Shown here: positions 50,635 through 63,400 of the stretch, one piece after another
Numbering within the stretch: position 1 is the first letter of the stretch
Layout of the letters: the number at the start of each line of letters is the position of its first letter
Source of the DNA: Marsupella aquatica
Lineage: Eukaryota > Plantae > Marchantiophyta
Direction: 5' to 3'
NCBI GenBank assembly: GCA_973895155.1
Contig: OZ316891.1
Location: 20,224,169-20,288,168, forward strand
Length of the DNA: 64,000 bases
Notes under the pieces: generated by a model
Database searches by the model: none
What the model was told of the DNA's origin: nothing
What the model saw: the letters and a program-made list of their open reading frames with translations, nothing else
Made by a program: the position numbers and the translations under genes

Positions 50635-52005
50635 ATGGAGAGTGTACGCGCAAGGCAGCAGGTCCTGTTGGATCATTTGAGGCCGGAGGGACTCGGAGGA
50701 GCTCGTCGAGGAGGAGGAATTGCGACATCGACGTGTATGGCGCAGAGTAAGTTCACCGACTACGATGACGATGTGGTAATCGTGGCTGCTTACCGCACGG
50801 CGCTCACGAAGGCCAAACGGGGTGGATTCAAGGACACAAGTGCGGATGATCTCTTGGCTCCCGTGTTGAAGGCGGTTCTGGAGCGAACGGGAGTGAATCC
50901 TGCGGAGGTTGGGGATATTGTGGTCGGGACTGTGCTCGCCCCGGGGTCTTACCGTGCCATGGAATGTCGGATGGCCTCCTTCTTTGCCGGTATCCCTGAG
51001 ACGGTCCCCATTCGCACAGTTAACCGCCAGTGCTCGTCCGGATTGCAAGCGATTGCGGATGTCGCCGCTGCAATTAAAGCTGGATTTATCGAAATTGGCA
51101 TTGGTGCTGGAGTGGAAACCATGAGCAGTCCGATGGCAATGGATGGTAGTGCTCCCAACCCTAAGCTAGATCAATTCAAGCAAGCTCAGGATTGCTTGCT
51201 CCCAATGGGAATCACGTCCGAGAACGTCGCTAGTCGCTTCGGGGTGACCAGGACGGAACAGGATCAGGCTGCGGTTGTGTCTCATCAACGAGCTGCTGCG
51301 GCGACCGCGTCGGGACGGTTCAAGGACGAAATTATCCCTGTGGAGACAAAGATTGTGAACCCGAAAACTGGAGAAGAAACCAGAATCGTTGTGTCTGTAG
51401 ACGATGGCATTCGAGCTAGCACCACCCTGGCAGATCTCAAAAAGTTGAAGCCTGTATTTAAAAAGGACGGCACGACCACCGCTGGCAATTCAAGCCAAGT
51501 GACGGACGGTGCTGCAGCAACTTTACTTATGAAGAGGGGCTTAGCAGTTCAAAAGGGGCTTCCTATCCTGGGAGTGTTCCGTAGTTTTGCTGCCGTTGGA
51601 GTTGATCCGGCGATCATGGGAGTCGGTCCCGCCGTGGCCATCCCCGCGGCTTTGAAGATGGCAGGGCTCGAAATCAGCGATATCGACCTCTTTGAAATTA
51701 ACGAGGCATTTGCCTCGCAATTCGTCCACTGTGCGAAGGTGCTCGATCTAGACATGGACAAGGTGAACGTTAACGGGGGAGCGATGGCTATGGGCCACCC
51801 TCTGGGCACCACGGGAGCTCGGGCGACAGCTACGCTCCTTCATGAAATGAAAAAACGAGGCAAGGACACGCGCTATGGCGTTGTATCCATGTGTATTGGT
51901 ACCGGTATGGGAGCTGCAGCTGTTTTTGAAGCTGGAAGCTCCGTAGACCAATACACCAACGCCCTCCCCGGGAAGCAGATGTTCTTGTCGAAGGACGCAA
52001 AGTAA
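50635..52005 (+). CDS. KAT2: Peroxisomal 3-ketoacyl-CoA thiolase (KAT2/PED1-like), intronless, 456 aa
   Basis: PTS2 RQQVLLDHL; catalytic motifs NRQCSSG, NEAFA, GHPLG and CIGTG; uninterrupted ORF. Confidence 0.93.
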   Translation: MESVRARQQVLLDHLRPEGLGGARRGGGIATSTCMAQSKFTDYDDDVVIVAAYRTALTKAKRGGFKDTSADDLLAPVLKAVLERTGVNPAEVGDIVVGTVLAPGSYRAMECRMASFFAGIPETVPIRTVNRQCSSGLQAIADVAAAIKAGFIEIGIGAGVETMSSPMAMDGSAPNPKLDQFKQAQDCLLPMGITSENVASRFGVTRTEQDQAAVVSHQRAAAATASGRFKDEIIPVETKIVNPKTGEETRIVVSVDDGIRASTTLADLKKLKPVFKKDGTTTAGNSSQVTDGAAATLLMKRGLAVQKGLPILGVFRSFAAVGVDPAIMGVGPAVAIPAALKMAGLEISDIDLFEINEAFASQFVHCAKVLDLDMDKVNVNGGAMAMGHPLGTTGARATATLLHEMKKRGKDTRYGVVSMCIGTGMGAAAVFEAGSSVDQYTNALPGKQMFLSKDAK

Positions 52006-52118
52006 TGTGGAGCTGACTCGTACTCCGTTTTGAAATCGGCACAACCGCAACATCGCCTGAGCAAGACTGAGGCAAAGCGAAGAATCTTGCCAATATATTT
52101 ACCAGCTGGTCAATTGAA

Positions 52119-52624
52119 GTAGAGAGATATAGTGGAACCTGCTGCACCTGCATCAATTGTGGGTTTGGGAGACTGTTGCCTATCTTCCAAATTGCTTTAA
52201 GGTTCAGGCAATCAAGACGGATTTCGTGTGCTGTAATCGATTCACGACCACCTCTAGCCAACTTCGGTTTGAGGGATCAGGATACCTGTCAGGATTGGCA
52301 TGCACGGGTTACTGTAGAGTAGACACGCTCCATTAGTCCATTATCTCCGATTACGAAGAAGGAATTACGTCAGAGAGATAGACTGGAACCTGCTGCACAT
52401 TCATCAAATGTGGGTTTTGGGAGGCTGTCGTGTATCTTCCAAATTTTTACAAGGTTCAGGCAGTCAAGACGAATTTCGTGTTCTGTGATCGATCGCGACC
52501 ATCTCTGGCCAGTTGACGAACTTCTGTTCGAGGGATTAGGATGCCTGTCAGGATTGGCATGGACTAGTTACTGTAGAGTAGATACTCGCTATTGTCTCCA
52601 ATTACGGAAAAGGAATTACGTCAG
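52119..52624 (+). repeat. ~254-bp diverged tandem duplication downstream of the thiolase stop
   Basis: agagagata…tggaacctgctgcac…ggttcaggca.tcaagacg…aggaattacgtcag occurs twice. Confidence 0.8.
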
Positions 52625-53334
52625 GTTGCTTCCATGTGACTTTGCCCAACAAGCGAGGGCTTGTCGGCGCGAGGAGCATACCGTAGTAACGACCTCCTCC
52701 TTCTGGAATTCACGATTCCAATCTAACCATATATCAATTCGATGCAATTCGATGAAATTCTCTGTGTAGCCCTACATAATTATGTCGAGGCCAGACCGAT
52801 GTTTTCCTCCGTGGATGTTTTCTTGTACAGGCACTGCCAATCAACACACCTAAAGTAGCGGCGTCGAGGTTTGTCAAGTGTGCAACAACGCAATGTAGTT
52901 GGAGAGGAAAGGAAAGTCCATTCTTGGCAGCAGGCATAACAACTTGTGATTCCTGAACAGCTTGTAGACCTCGAAATTCTTCATAAAGTTTTTAGATTCG
53001 CCTGTTTTCTGAGTTCCCTGGTCGAAGTTTCGGGCATTTCATGAAAATCCTTGAAAACAAAACTGTGTATAGTGCTGAAGGAATCGATATCTCAAGTTGA
53101 AGCAACCATGTCAAATCGAGCAACTTCGCACCAAAAGGCTTGATGGGGCCTCCGTCGGGAAAAAGGGCACCCGACGAGTGCCCCTCTTTTGAAAGGGATT
53201 TACTGGGGCCTCGTCCCTGCAGCTCGGCCTAAGCCCTCTCCTTTTCTATTAGCGTTCGTACAGGTGCAGGCAGGCAAAGCACATTCGACAAGCCCCTTCG
53301 ACGAGCAACGAATCTCACAGCGCAGCTTCGACTT

Positions 53335-53885
53335 TGCACTCACCCCGCACAAGAAACCCACTACTGGCAGAAGCTCCGTTTTCTTTTTGGGACGGAGTTG
53401 ACGCACACCATGAAACAGCTTGGACAATGCACACACCTCGCAGGCAACCCATTGACTGGCAGAAGCTCCGTTTTCTTTGTTGGGGACGAGTTGACGCACA
53501 CCATGAAACAGGTTCAACTATGCACTCACCTCGCAGGCAACCCATCGACTGGCAGAAGCTCCGTTTTCTCTGTTGTGAAGGAGTTGACGCACACCATGAA
53601 ACAGGTTCAAGTATGCACTCACCTCGCAGGCAAGCCATTGACTGGCAGAAGCTCGGTTTATCTGTTTGTGAAGGAGTTGATGCACACCATGAAATAGCTT
53701 CGACAATGCACTCACCTCGCAGGCAACATTGACTGGCAGAAGCTCCGTTTTCTCTGTTGGGAACGAGTTGATGCACACCATGAAACAGCTTGGCCGATGC
53801 ATTCATCTCGCAGGCAACCCATTGACTGGCAGAAGCTCCGTTTCCTTTGTTGGGAACTACAGTAGTTGAAGCACACCATGAAACA
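53335..53885 (+). repeat. 92-bp minisatellite x~6
   Basis: cacctcgcaggcaacccattgactggcagaagctccgtttt…gagttgacgcacaccatgaaacag recurs about every 92 nt. Confidence 0.9.
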
Positions 53886-54075
53886 TCTGCAAAAGCACTC
53901 GTTAAGGTCGTCCTGGTGATTTTTAACATTTGCAAAAGCACTCGTTAAGGTTGTATGGGTGATTTTTAGCTTTTTTGGTGCGTTTGCCATGGAAAGGACT
54001 TTTGGACTTACCTCATTTTCATACTATCTGCATACGATTACAGTACAAAGTCACCATTAAATCATGCAGCCACGC

Positions 54076-54420
54076 CCGTTGGACCTTACTCTTTCGATAA
54101 GTAAGGGTTTAAATCCCATGCTATAAGTCAGTGTTTAAATCACCCAAGCAGAGCACGTTGGACCTTACTCTTTCGATAAGTAAGGGTTTAAATCCCATGC
54201 TATAAGTCAGTGTTTAAATCACCCAAGCAGAGCACGTTGGACATTACTCATTTGATACATTTGATACGTTGCTCTTTCGATAATTGAGGGTTTAAATCAC
54301 ATGCTATAAGTCAGTGTTTAAATCACCCAACCAGAGCACAAAGTAGGCACGTTGGACATTATTCATTTGATAAGTCAGTGTTTAAATCACATTGGACAAG
54401 TCAGTGTTTATATCACCCAA
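54076..54420 (+). repeat. 79-bp tandem repeat (2 perfect copies plus degenerate ones)
   Basis: cgttggaccttactctttcgataagtaagggtttaaatcccatgctataagtcagtgtttaaatcacccaagcagagca. Confidence 0.9.
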
Positions 54421-56314
54421 TCACAAGAGAAAGTTTCCAAGTTTTCTCAAAACAAGCACCACAACAATGAATGTGGGACACGTCTATCTCACAAGATTTT
54501 CAGTCTGTATATAGTAAAGTCTAGTTTACAAAGCATTGTGAGGTTTAAAATAATTTTAGTAAAGGTAAATTATAATTTTCACAATCATAGAAATCTGGAC
54601 TGTGCATTTGTCTCCCAGTAATGCCCTGAAAACTACATAGCAAAAAACTAGTATGTGTGTCCAGCTCAATTTTTGTAACATAGTGGTAATATTGTATTTG
54701 TTTTTTTACTAACTCCCCGACTAACTCTCTTTCCTGGTCTTTCCTGGTTATCAAGTGTGCCAAAACTCTATGATGTGCCCAAATACAGTGCCAAGAATTT
54801 GGAAGGAACTTTTAGAGTGCTACATAATATTGTCATCCTTTGTTTGTCTCCACCTCTCTATGTAATTCACATTGCAACTCCTCACTATAGCAATCACCTG
54901 GCTTGTTCAAGTGACAAATTATTCATCACAAGGGTGAGCAACGAACTATCTTGGAGGCAAGGAGCTAGGCAATCACCTGCACTTCATTGTCTTGCAATGT
55001 TTTTGTGCAATGGATAATTATGCATTGGACTTGTCTATAAAATTATGAGATGTTTTTAAAAGTATTTGAAGTTTGCATAATAAAAGTTGGCATCACTGAC
55101 AAACAAATTCATAAACTCAAAAACTATTTATAGCATTGGTTTTTTAATTGTTTTTTGGGAGACAAGTATACTTTTTGTTTGGAAAGTGTAATTTATTCAT
55201 CATGATTTGTCTAATAATGACAAAAACAAAATTCTCATCAATTTTAATGGCAAATGGCAACCAAAAAAAAACCCATAAGTATAGAATCATAATAATCATG
55301 TTGGGAAGAGAGTAACTTTATATACAGGCACCTTCATAAGAGAAGAAACATACTAATTTCATTTCTGTTTTTTAAATGTATGTTTTACTAATCAATAGAA
55401 AGTCATAGCCTTATTTTTGTAGAGATTTTATAATAATAGAATAATTTAATGTTTTGAGAATAGTTTATTAGTCTTGAATGTGCAAGTGAGTTTTGACATT
55501 AATATGCTTATGACTTTTGTGGTGTGTATTCAAGGAATATGTTTGAATAAGGCCTAGGGGGAGCTACACTCAAGTGGCATACAAGATATTTTTTAAAGAT
55601 TTCTCATGGTGACTATCATCAAGGTAAATGTTTATATCAGTGCATGTTTTTATGACTAGAATTTGTGTTTATTTGTGAAGTGACTTGATATTTTGTCCAT
55701 TCAATTGACATGAGCAATTTTGTGTGAGTTTGTAGACAAATTTTGGCATCACTAAGAAACAACCCCAAGCCATCATCTAAGCTTGAAATAGAGGTTTGTT
55801 TCTCTCTTTATTCCTTGTCGAATAAATGTGATTGCTAAAGTTGTTCATTCATAAAGCTAAATCAAGCATGAAATCCATCTATACTTTAAAATCTAATTTT
55901 CACATATGTAATATTTATCATAATAGTGTTTATTTTCAAATAAATTATCAAATTAGCTAAAAAATTGTAGCATTATCATATATGGATGTGCAAATATTAG
56001 TATATTAATTATTTGCCACAACACTTACCTTTTATTTGAATCAACACAGTAGATTTATGCAATCTTAACAAAACTATAAGTAATTATAATTTGCAATTTA
56101 TTTGTGGAAAGCAATGCTCTTGGTAGGTAGATGAGTCTTTTGTAATCTTCTTTCATATTGTTATGGTTATCTTAGGGCATTACAGATTAAGAAAGTGAAA
56201 TTTGCCCTTTGTTGGATTCCCAAAATGGAGAAGTTAGCTCTTTGTACCTAAAATTATTCACTTAAGTTTATTATCAATCAGGTACTATAATTATAAGGTC
56301 CATATCATATTATT

Positions 56315-57015
56315 CAAGTTAAGGCAATAAACTATAGTACATACATATGCAGAGGTCGGTGTAATGTTTGACCCTAATTGTAACTTCAAAATCAATATAA
56401 GGTTACAAGTTAAGGCATTCTGGTACACACATCCGCAAGGGTCAGTGTATTGTTTGACCCTAATTGTAACTTCAAAATCAATATAAAGTTACAAGTTAAG
56501 GCATCCTGGTACACACATCTGCAAGGGTCGGTGTACTGTTTGACCCCAATTGTAACTTATAAAATCAATATAAGGTTACAAGTTAAGGCATTCTGATACA
56601 CACATCCGCAAGGGTTGGTGTATTGTTTGACCCCATTTGTAACTTCAAAATCAATATATAAAGTTACAAGTTAAGGCATTTTGGTACACACATCTACAAG
56701 GGTTGGTGTACTCTTTGACCCCAGTTGTAACTTATAATCAATATAAGGTAACCACAAGTTAAGACATTATGGTACACACATCTACAAGGGTTAGTGTACT
56801 GGTTGACCCTAGTTGTAACTTCAAAATCAAAATTAGGTTATCCGGGATGGTTACAAGTCAAGGCATTTTGGTACACACATCTACAAGGGTCTTTATGATG
56901 TTTGATCCCATTTGTAACTTCAAAATCAATAAGGTCATAAGTTAAATTAGTTGGTACACATATATTCAAGGGTTTGAGTATTGTTTGACAAGTTGTAACT
57001 TAAAAACAAGGTTAT
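56315..57015 (+). repeat. ~87-bp minisatellite x~8 with internal palindromes
   Basis: aagttaaggca…ggtacacacat…aagggtc…tttgaccc…ttgtaactt…gttac repeated. Confidence 0.9.
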
Positions 57016-58898
57016 AATACTCTAGAGTTTACATTCCAAAAATCTAACATTCAATACCACTTCAAAACAATATTTTCATAACTGGACCCTTCCACATGTT
57101 AACATTGTAATAATCCTTGCATTAAACTTCAATGTAAGTTTCCCATGATCAAACCCTCGCTTATTCACCCCACCTTCCTCATGATCGTTCACCCCTACTT
57201 ATATTTCTAATATTCTTTCCCATTTTACTTGTATGGCTTCAAGAGGTTGAGAAAATGCTTTATATGTTGCTTACCAAGCTTATTTTATTTTATTGTAATT
57301 AAATTGCCTTTTAAAATATGTACCTAATACCCAAGCTGGAGATTTTTCAAATATTGATTTTTTTCAAAGCCGACCTACTGCCCAAGTTCTTCTTATTCCT
57401 TAGGCACCATAAAGGGCATAATCTAGTTATGTCAACATCCAAGCATGGATAGGTTTAGTTTAATAGAGTTGTTTGTGTCGAGAAGTGACATTACTCTTCA
57501 CACGAGGTTTCACACACAAAAGTAACATAGATCATTGGATTCAAAACATCTAATGGTGTAAAAGTTCTTTTTGAGCTAAGAGACCACACGAGTATTCACA
57601 CACAACAAGAATCTGGATGGTTGGATTCATAACATCTAATGGTAGGAAAACTCATTTTCAGTTGGGAGGCCACACGAGCCTTCACACGAGTCTTCACACA
57701 CAAAATGGATGTAGATGGTTGGATTCAAACCATCTAATGGCTGGATATTTACAGGGTGACGTGGAATTTTGACAGAATTTTTAGATTTACAGAAGTCTCT
57801 AACTGGACCCGTAATCACAAAGGGCATTAAGTATATAGTAATGTCCTATCCTATCCTACTAGTCCTATCCTACTAGGATACAATTCCCTAAAAAATGAGA
57901 ACTTAAACTCGAGTTTGGAGGGGTCAATATTGCCCATAATGCTCTGGAACAGGACCTTAATACACTTAAAGGTTTAGCAGATTTCTATTTTTACTAATTT
58001 TAAGAAAAGTAGAGGAGAATGCTCTGGAAACAAGACCTTCATACACTTCAACCACCACCGGTCATATATATAACTAAGGGGGAAGTGTCCAACACCTCTC
58101 CATTCTTTCACAATCCGCTCACTTTTCTCCTCTACCATGCCAGTTTGTTGCATGATTTCAGGAAAAAGCTACTTTTAATTAAAGTTAGGGTAACCTGTGG
58201 CTTTTCGACGGGCAGGTGTGGTTTAAAGGTCTAAGGGATTTTAGTTTGAATAAAATTTTAGTAAAAGTAGAGGAGAATGCTCCTAATCGGTTGATCCAAA
58301 TATAGAGTGTGCATTGTTCTCCATTAATAGAGTTATAAACATATGAACTGGATGGAAAGACCAGTGTCAGCCCAAAAATGATTATATGTAAAATCACCAC
58401 TCACACAGCTAAGTTGTGAAACTGAAGATGAGTCAACAAAGAGGTCTGACCCTAACATGACAGAACTCTCGATCACGAAGTTGTATTGTTTGAAACTCTT
58501 GGTGACGTAGGATGAAGCACCTCCAGGAGCCCTTCTTGCAGCTTGAGCCTGTATTTTATATGTGAGCCAGTGAAGCTGGGGGTTTGAATGTTAGATCACC
58601 TGTAATTTGAGTGAAATAATGATCAATTCAACCTGGATTTACCACTTTTACTGGAATTCTAATGCACTGAAAATTACAAAGTGAAAATCAAGAAAGGCAT
58701 TATGTATATAGAAATGTCCTGTTTTATTATAACATGGTGGGATGGGATATAATGCCCTGGAAAAAGTGAGATTCAGCTCAAGTTTTGAGGGGTTGTTATT
58801 GCCCATAATGCCATGGAAACAAGACCTTCATACACTAAAAGGCCTAATTTTCAGTATTTTTTCTATTGTAAGTAAAAGTCACGGAGAATCTAACTATT

Positions 58899-59447
58899 AA
58901 ATTTGCTAAGTTTGGGTTTGTCTCTTGCGACGAGAAACTTCTATTTTCTGGTATTCTCTGGCTTCGGATCGGCGATTGGGGTTTTTGCGATGAGATTGTC
59001 ATGTTGGCATGCCGCTTCTCTGGTGATGGACGGGTTCTCGACGGGTTCTTCTTTGAGCGGTGGCCTGTGGCGGGCGGAGTTTGGCTTTTTCCCTGTGGTG
59101 CCTCGGCTGGTCTTTCGGCTCTAGTTGTCGTTTGGTTGTTCTCAGGGATAGGTTTGCTTTTTGTTAGGTTTTGGGGCTCCTCCTTCCCCTTCTGATCGTC
59201 CTCCTTCCTTTTGGCGATCTGGTTGGCGGTTGCCCTTCCACATTTCTATGGGTGTGCTCCCTCTTTCAGCCCCCTTTTGTTTTCTTTCCTTGTGTTGGCC
59301 TGCCTCCTCCTCCCAGGCAGGCTCCTCTTGTTTCTTGTGTCACGGATTTGAAATAAAGTTGCTTCCCTTTTTGAAAAAAAGAAAAAAGAAAAAGAAAAAG
59401 TGGTTTGCTTCAAAGTTAAAAAAAATAAAAAATAAAAATTTGCTAAG
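58899..59447 (+). mobile_element. 5'-truncated poly(A) retroposon with 12-bp TSD
   Basis: TSD AAATTTGCTAAG at 58899-58910 and 59436-59447; GC/T-rich body, AATAAA near 59351, then A-rich tails. Confidence 0.75.
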
Positions 59448-59456
59448 GGAAGTTAC

Positions 59457-59741
59457 TTCTTAAGGCCTATGGTCTAGAGTGAGGCCTCTAGATCTTAACT
59501 CCCCATACACTCAGAAGTGATAAGGAGTCTTTCATAAGGGCAAAACTTAAAATGAGGGTGGACAAAAGACAAGGATAAGGGAAGGTATCAAAAGTGACAT
59601 TGGCTCAAAATAAAGACAAAATTGAAAAGAGGGTGGACATAAGGATGGGGGCAAAGATATATGGAAATAACATAAAATTATTTCTGTCCAATATATATTT
59701 TCTTCACATCTATTTACTTTCAAGGAACTGGTAATCTGGCT
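59457..59741 (-). repeat. Dispersed ~280-bp non-autonomous element, copy 2
   Basis: Reverse complement aligns with 33971-34228. Confidence 0.75.
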
Positions 59742-60450
59742 ACAGTAGTCTTTCTAAAAAGGTGATCCAAATTTTGACTGGGCATTTTGAATGCACCAAA
59801 GGAAAGTATCACGAAGGGTTTTACAAAGGCAAAAATCACAAAGGGCATTTTGAATGCACCAATGGAAAATGGCACGGAGGGTTTCACAAATGGAAAAATC
59901 ACAAAGGGCATTTTGACTGGACATTTTGAATGTACCAAAGGAAAATATCAGGAAGGGTTATAGAAAGTGAAAAATCACAAAGGGTGGCGAGTGCAAAACC
60001 TTTTATGGACAAGTGCTCCACAAAAGGTGCTGATTGTTCCACCTTTTATGGTGAGTAGTGAGACATTGGAATGTGGCTTTTACAATGTCAGGTGTGGTTT
60101 TAAGTTTTGAACAACACCGTTCTTCCAATTGGCTTTGGTAGTTTGGTGGACACAAGTCAGAAATATCCTCGACTTCTTGTACAGCCACCCTGATCCTGTC
60201 TGTATGGGTTTTCTCGTACGCCGTCGGACGGACAGGCTCATCAAGTGCGGAAGAACCAGACCTCTCGCAGCTGCCGGGGGAGGAATTTGGGTGTCTGCCG
60301 TGTGAGGAAGCGAGGTAGCAAGCAGGCAAGCAAGGAAGGATTGAAGGAAGGATTGAAGGAAGGATTGAAGGACGAGACGGAGGAGGTGAGAGGTTCGTGG
60401 AAAAGGATTGATGCAGTTTCGTTTTGGGATGGAGACCGGGTGAGCTTGCT

Positions 60451-60465
60451 TAGGGTTTAGGGTTT
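60451..60465 (-). promoter_or_regulatory. Telo-box (AAACCCTA x2, overlapping) just upstream of the CPSF73 ATG
   Basis: tagggtttagggttt lies ~30 nt before the start; such motifs are common near plant housekeeping gene starts. Confidence 0.55.
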
Positions 60466-60492
60466 CTGTCCCTTGCTTCGGCTGCTGCAAAC

Positions 60493-63400
60493 ATGTCGAA
60501 GCGGAAGGACTCCACGCCGAGAAGCGAGGGCGACAAGATGGCCATCACCCCCCTCGGAGCTGGCAATGAGGTCGGCCGTTCATGCGTCGTCATGACTTAT
60601 AAGGACAAAACCGTTCTTGTGAGTTGCCCTCTCTGTCTCTCACACACAGCTTTGTCAATGAGATTTTTTTTCCTGATGAATTGCTGCAGAAACGATGAGT
60701 CGTGGCCCAGTGGAGCACACTGGTGTTTTCGTAACGAAGTTTTGATCTGTTTGCGTGCTTGATTCTGTGAGCATACGATTGTGTGCGCCTCTGGTCCCTC
60801 TCTCACTCGCTAAACCCGGACTTGGGACTCTAACTTTGGTCTGCTTTCTTTCAGTCTAAGTAAAGACTCTTGTATGGATCAGTGTACTGCCGACCCTTAC
60901 TTCGGAATATATTTTTTTTTCAAGACCCGCCAGATTTTTTTCCTCTGTGTATGGTGTAACACTTACTGTCGGGCAATAGGATATAGACGTTCTTTGGACT
61001 GTTTCCCTGAATCGTTGCAAGCATTTCAACCTGAGTGGAAATTTGAATGAGTGAGAGCAGCTTGATTGAGTGGGATAGAGGTTTCAAGGTTTAGGGTTAA
61101 GGTCATAAATTTTCATGAAGCGATCATCGCTCCTTAGTTCTCTGCCGTTCAGAAGGAGAGGTATTGTAGCTTGAGATGGACTAGACTGGTAGTAATGCGT
61201 AGGCTTGAGCGATGGAACCGCCAGAGAGTCCAGGGGTTGTCACGTTTCTCTAAAGGGTTGCTAATGCGGCGTGTTTTGCTATGTGAATAGTTCGACTGCG
61301 GGATTCATCCTGCTTACACGGGAATGGCCGCACTTCCGTATTTCGACGAAATCGACCCGTCTACCATCGATGTCCTCCTCGTAACGCAGTACGTCCTCCT
61401 TCCTCGTACCTGTGTTCAGCAGTAAGGAGAGAAAAATGTAACTTATCTTGTGCACTAAGTTTCAGCTACTAGTAATCTCGGCGAGGAATTAACCGGAGAG
61501 AAAAGAGCAATGAAGTGCCATCTGACTGTAATCTTGGCAAGGAATTGACCGGAAAACATCCCGGGAACACTCGCTAAGGGACCACAATTTTATCATCTAT
61601 TGCTCCAACCCTAGTTGGGCGTAAATCTCTCTATGCACTGAACTTCATAGCATACAGTAATTTGCCAGACTTTTGTGCTCGATTTCCTGGTGATAGTTGT
61701 TTTGTACCTATATTTGTCCATGCTTGGTAGCTTTAGTCACCTTACAAGACTGGCAATTAATATTTGACTTGTTAATGAATCGGATGTGAGTTGGCATCTA
61801 CTGCCATACTTCAGTCGTTGTTGACAAGTGAGTGTTAAGGATTTTGATTTATTGTTGGTTGCAGTTTTCATCTCGATCACTGTGCTTCGCTCCCTTATTT
61901 CTTGGAGAAGGTAAGATTCTGAATACGCGACTTTACAATTCTACTGCCGTGTCTTATAATGCTATATTGGCTCCATCTTGCACACCAAGTCCTGCTGTTT
62001 GTATTACTGTATTTCGTAATAGCGGTTACCCCTCTGTGGTGTAACCTACCTAACTCTCCTGTCCCACCTTCCGCGGGCCACATCGACCTGTCTTGCTAGG
62101 TTTTTTTAAAACCAGTTGAGAAGTCTAGAGCAAATATTGGGCAAATCTTCGAGATGTTAGTGACTGCTTCTGGGAAATAATATTTGCGAGAAATTCTTCC
62201 TAACAAACCTTTCTCTGTCGATAGACTACCTTCAAAGGACGAGTGTTCATGACCCACGCAACCAAGGTCATCTACATGCTTTTGCTGACCGACTTCGTCA
62301 AAGTCAGTAAGTCTTCTGTGGACGTTATGCTTTATGATGAGCAGGACATTGCTCGAACGATGAAGAAGATCGAGGTAAAAATGGCACACTGCATCTCCTA
62401 ATTTATTTATTTGTTTTATATTTGGTAAATCCTCCAGGCACACATGCGCATCTTAACTAACAAAATGAAGTGAACGACGAGCCATTTTTAAGTGTTCTGG
62501 GTGACCAACTTAATTTACCAGAACAGGTGGATTACTCCCCGAGTCGAACGAGCTGGTTCGGAAAGGGATTACTCTTCTCATGCATGAAAATGCGCTGGAT
62601 ATAGACGAGGATTCGTAGTCAAGACTGGTAGGGTACTAAGATGTCTTGCGGCATTTGTTTTGCAGGTAATCGATTTCCATCAGACAATGGAGGTGAATGG
62701 GATCCGATTTTGGTGTTATACTGCTGGTCATGTCTTAGGAGCTGCAATGTTCATGGTGGACATTGCTGGAGTGCGAGTCCTCTACACAGGGGATTATTCT
62801 CGGGAAGAGGACCGTCATTTGAAAGCTGCTGAAGTGCCGGAGTTTTCACCAGATGTTTGCATCATTGAATCAACTTACGGGGTGCAGATCCACCAACCCC
62901 GAGTAGTTCGTGAGAGAAGGTTCACCGATGCAGTTCATCAAACAGTTATGAATGGAGGAAGAGTTTTGATCCCTGCATTTGCTCTAGGCCGCGCTCAAGA
63001 GCTTCTTCTTATACTAGATGAGTATTGGGAAGCCCACCCAGAACTCCATCACATACCAATTTATTATGCCTCTCCATTGGCAAAGAAATGCATCCGTGTC
63101 TATCAAACCTACATAAATTCTATGAATGATAAAATTCGGAGGCAGTTTGAGGTATCAAACCCTTTTATTTTTAAACACATTTCACCTCTCAAGAGCATTG
63201 AACAATTTGATGACGCGGGGCCTTCAGTGGTAATGGCGAGTCCAGGTGGGCTACAAAGTGGGCTATCTCGACAATTGTTTGATATGTGGTGTCAAGATAA
63301 AAAGAGTGCTTGCGTGATACCTGGATACCTAGTAGAAGGAACCCCGGCAAAGGCCATCATGAATGAGCCGAAGGAGGTGGCACTGAACTCTGGGCTGGTA

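Noticed and set aside
53189-53990. Cys-rich repetitive ORFs
   Set aside because: By-products of the 92-bp minisatellite, whose length is not a multiple of 3.
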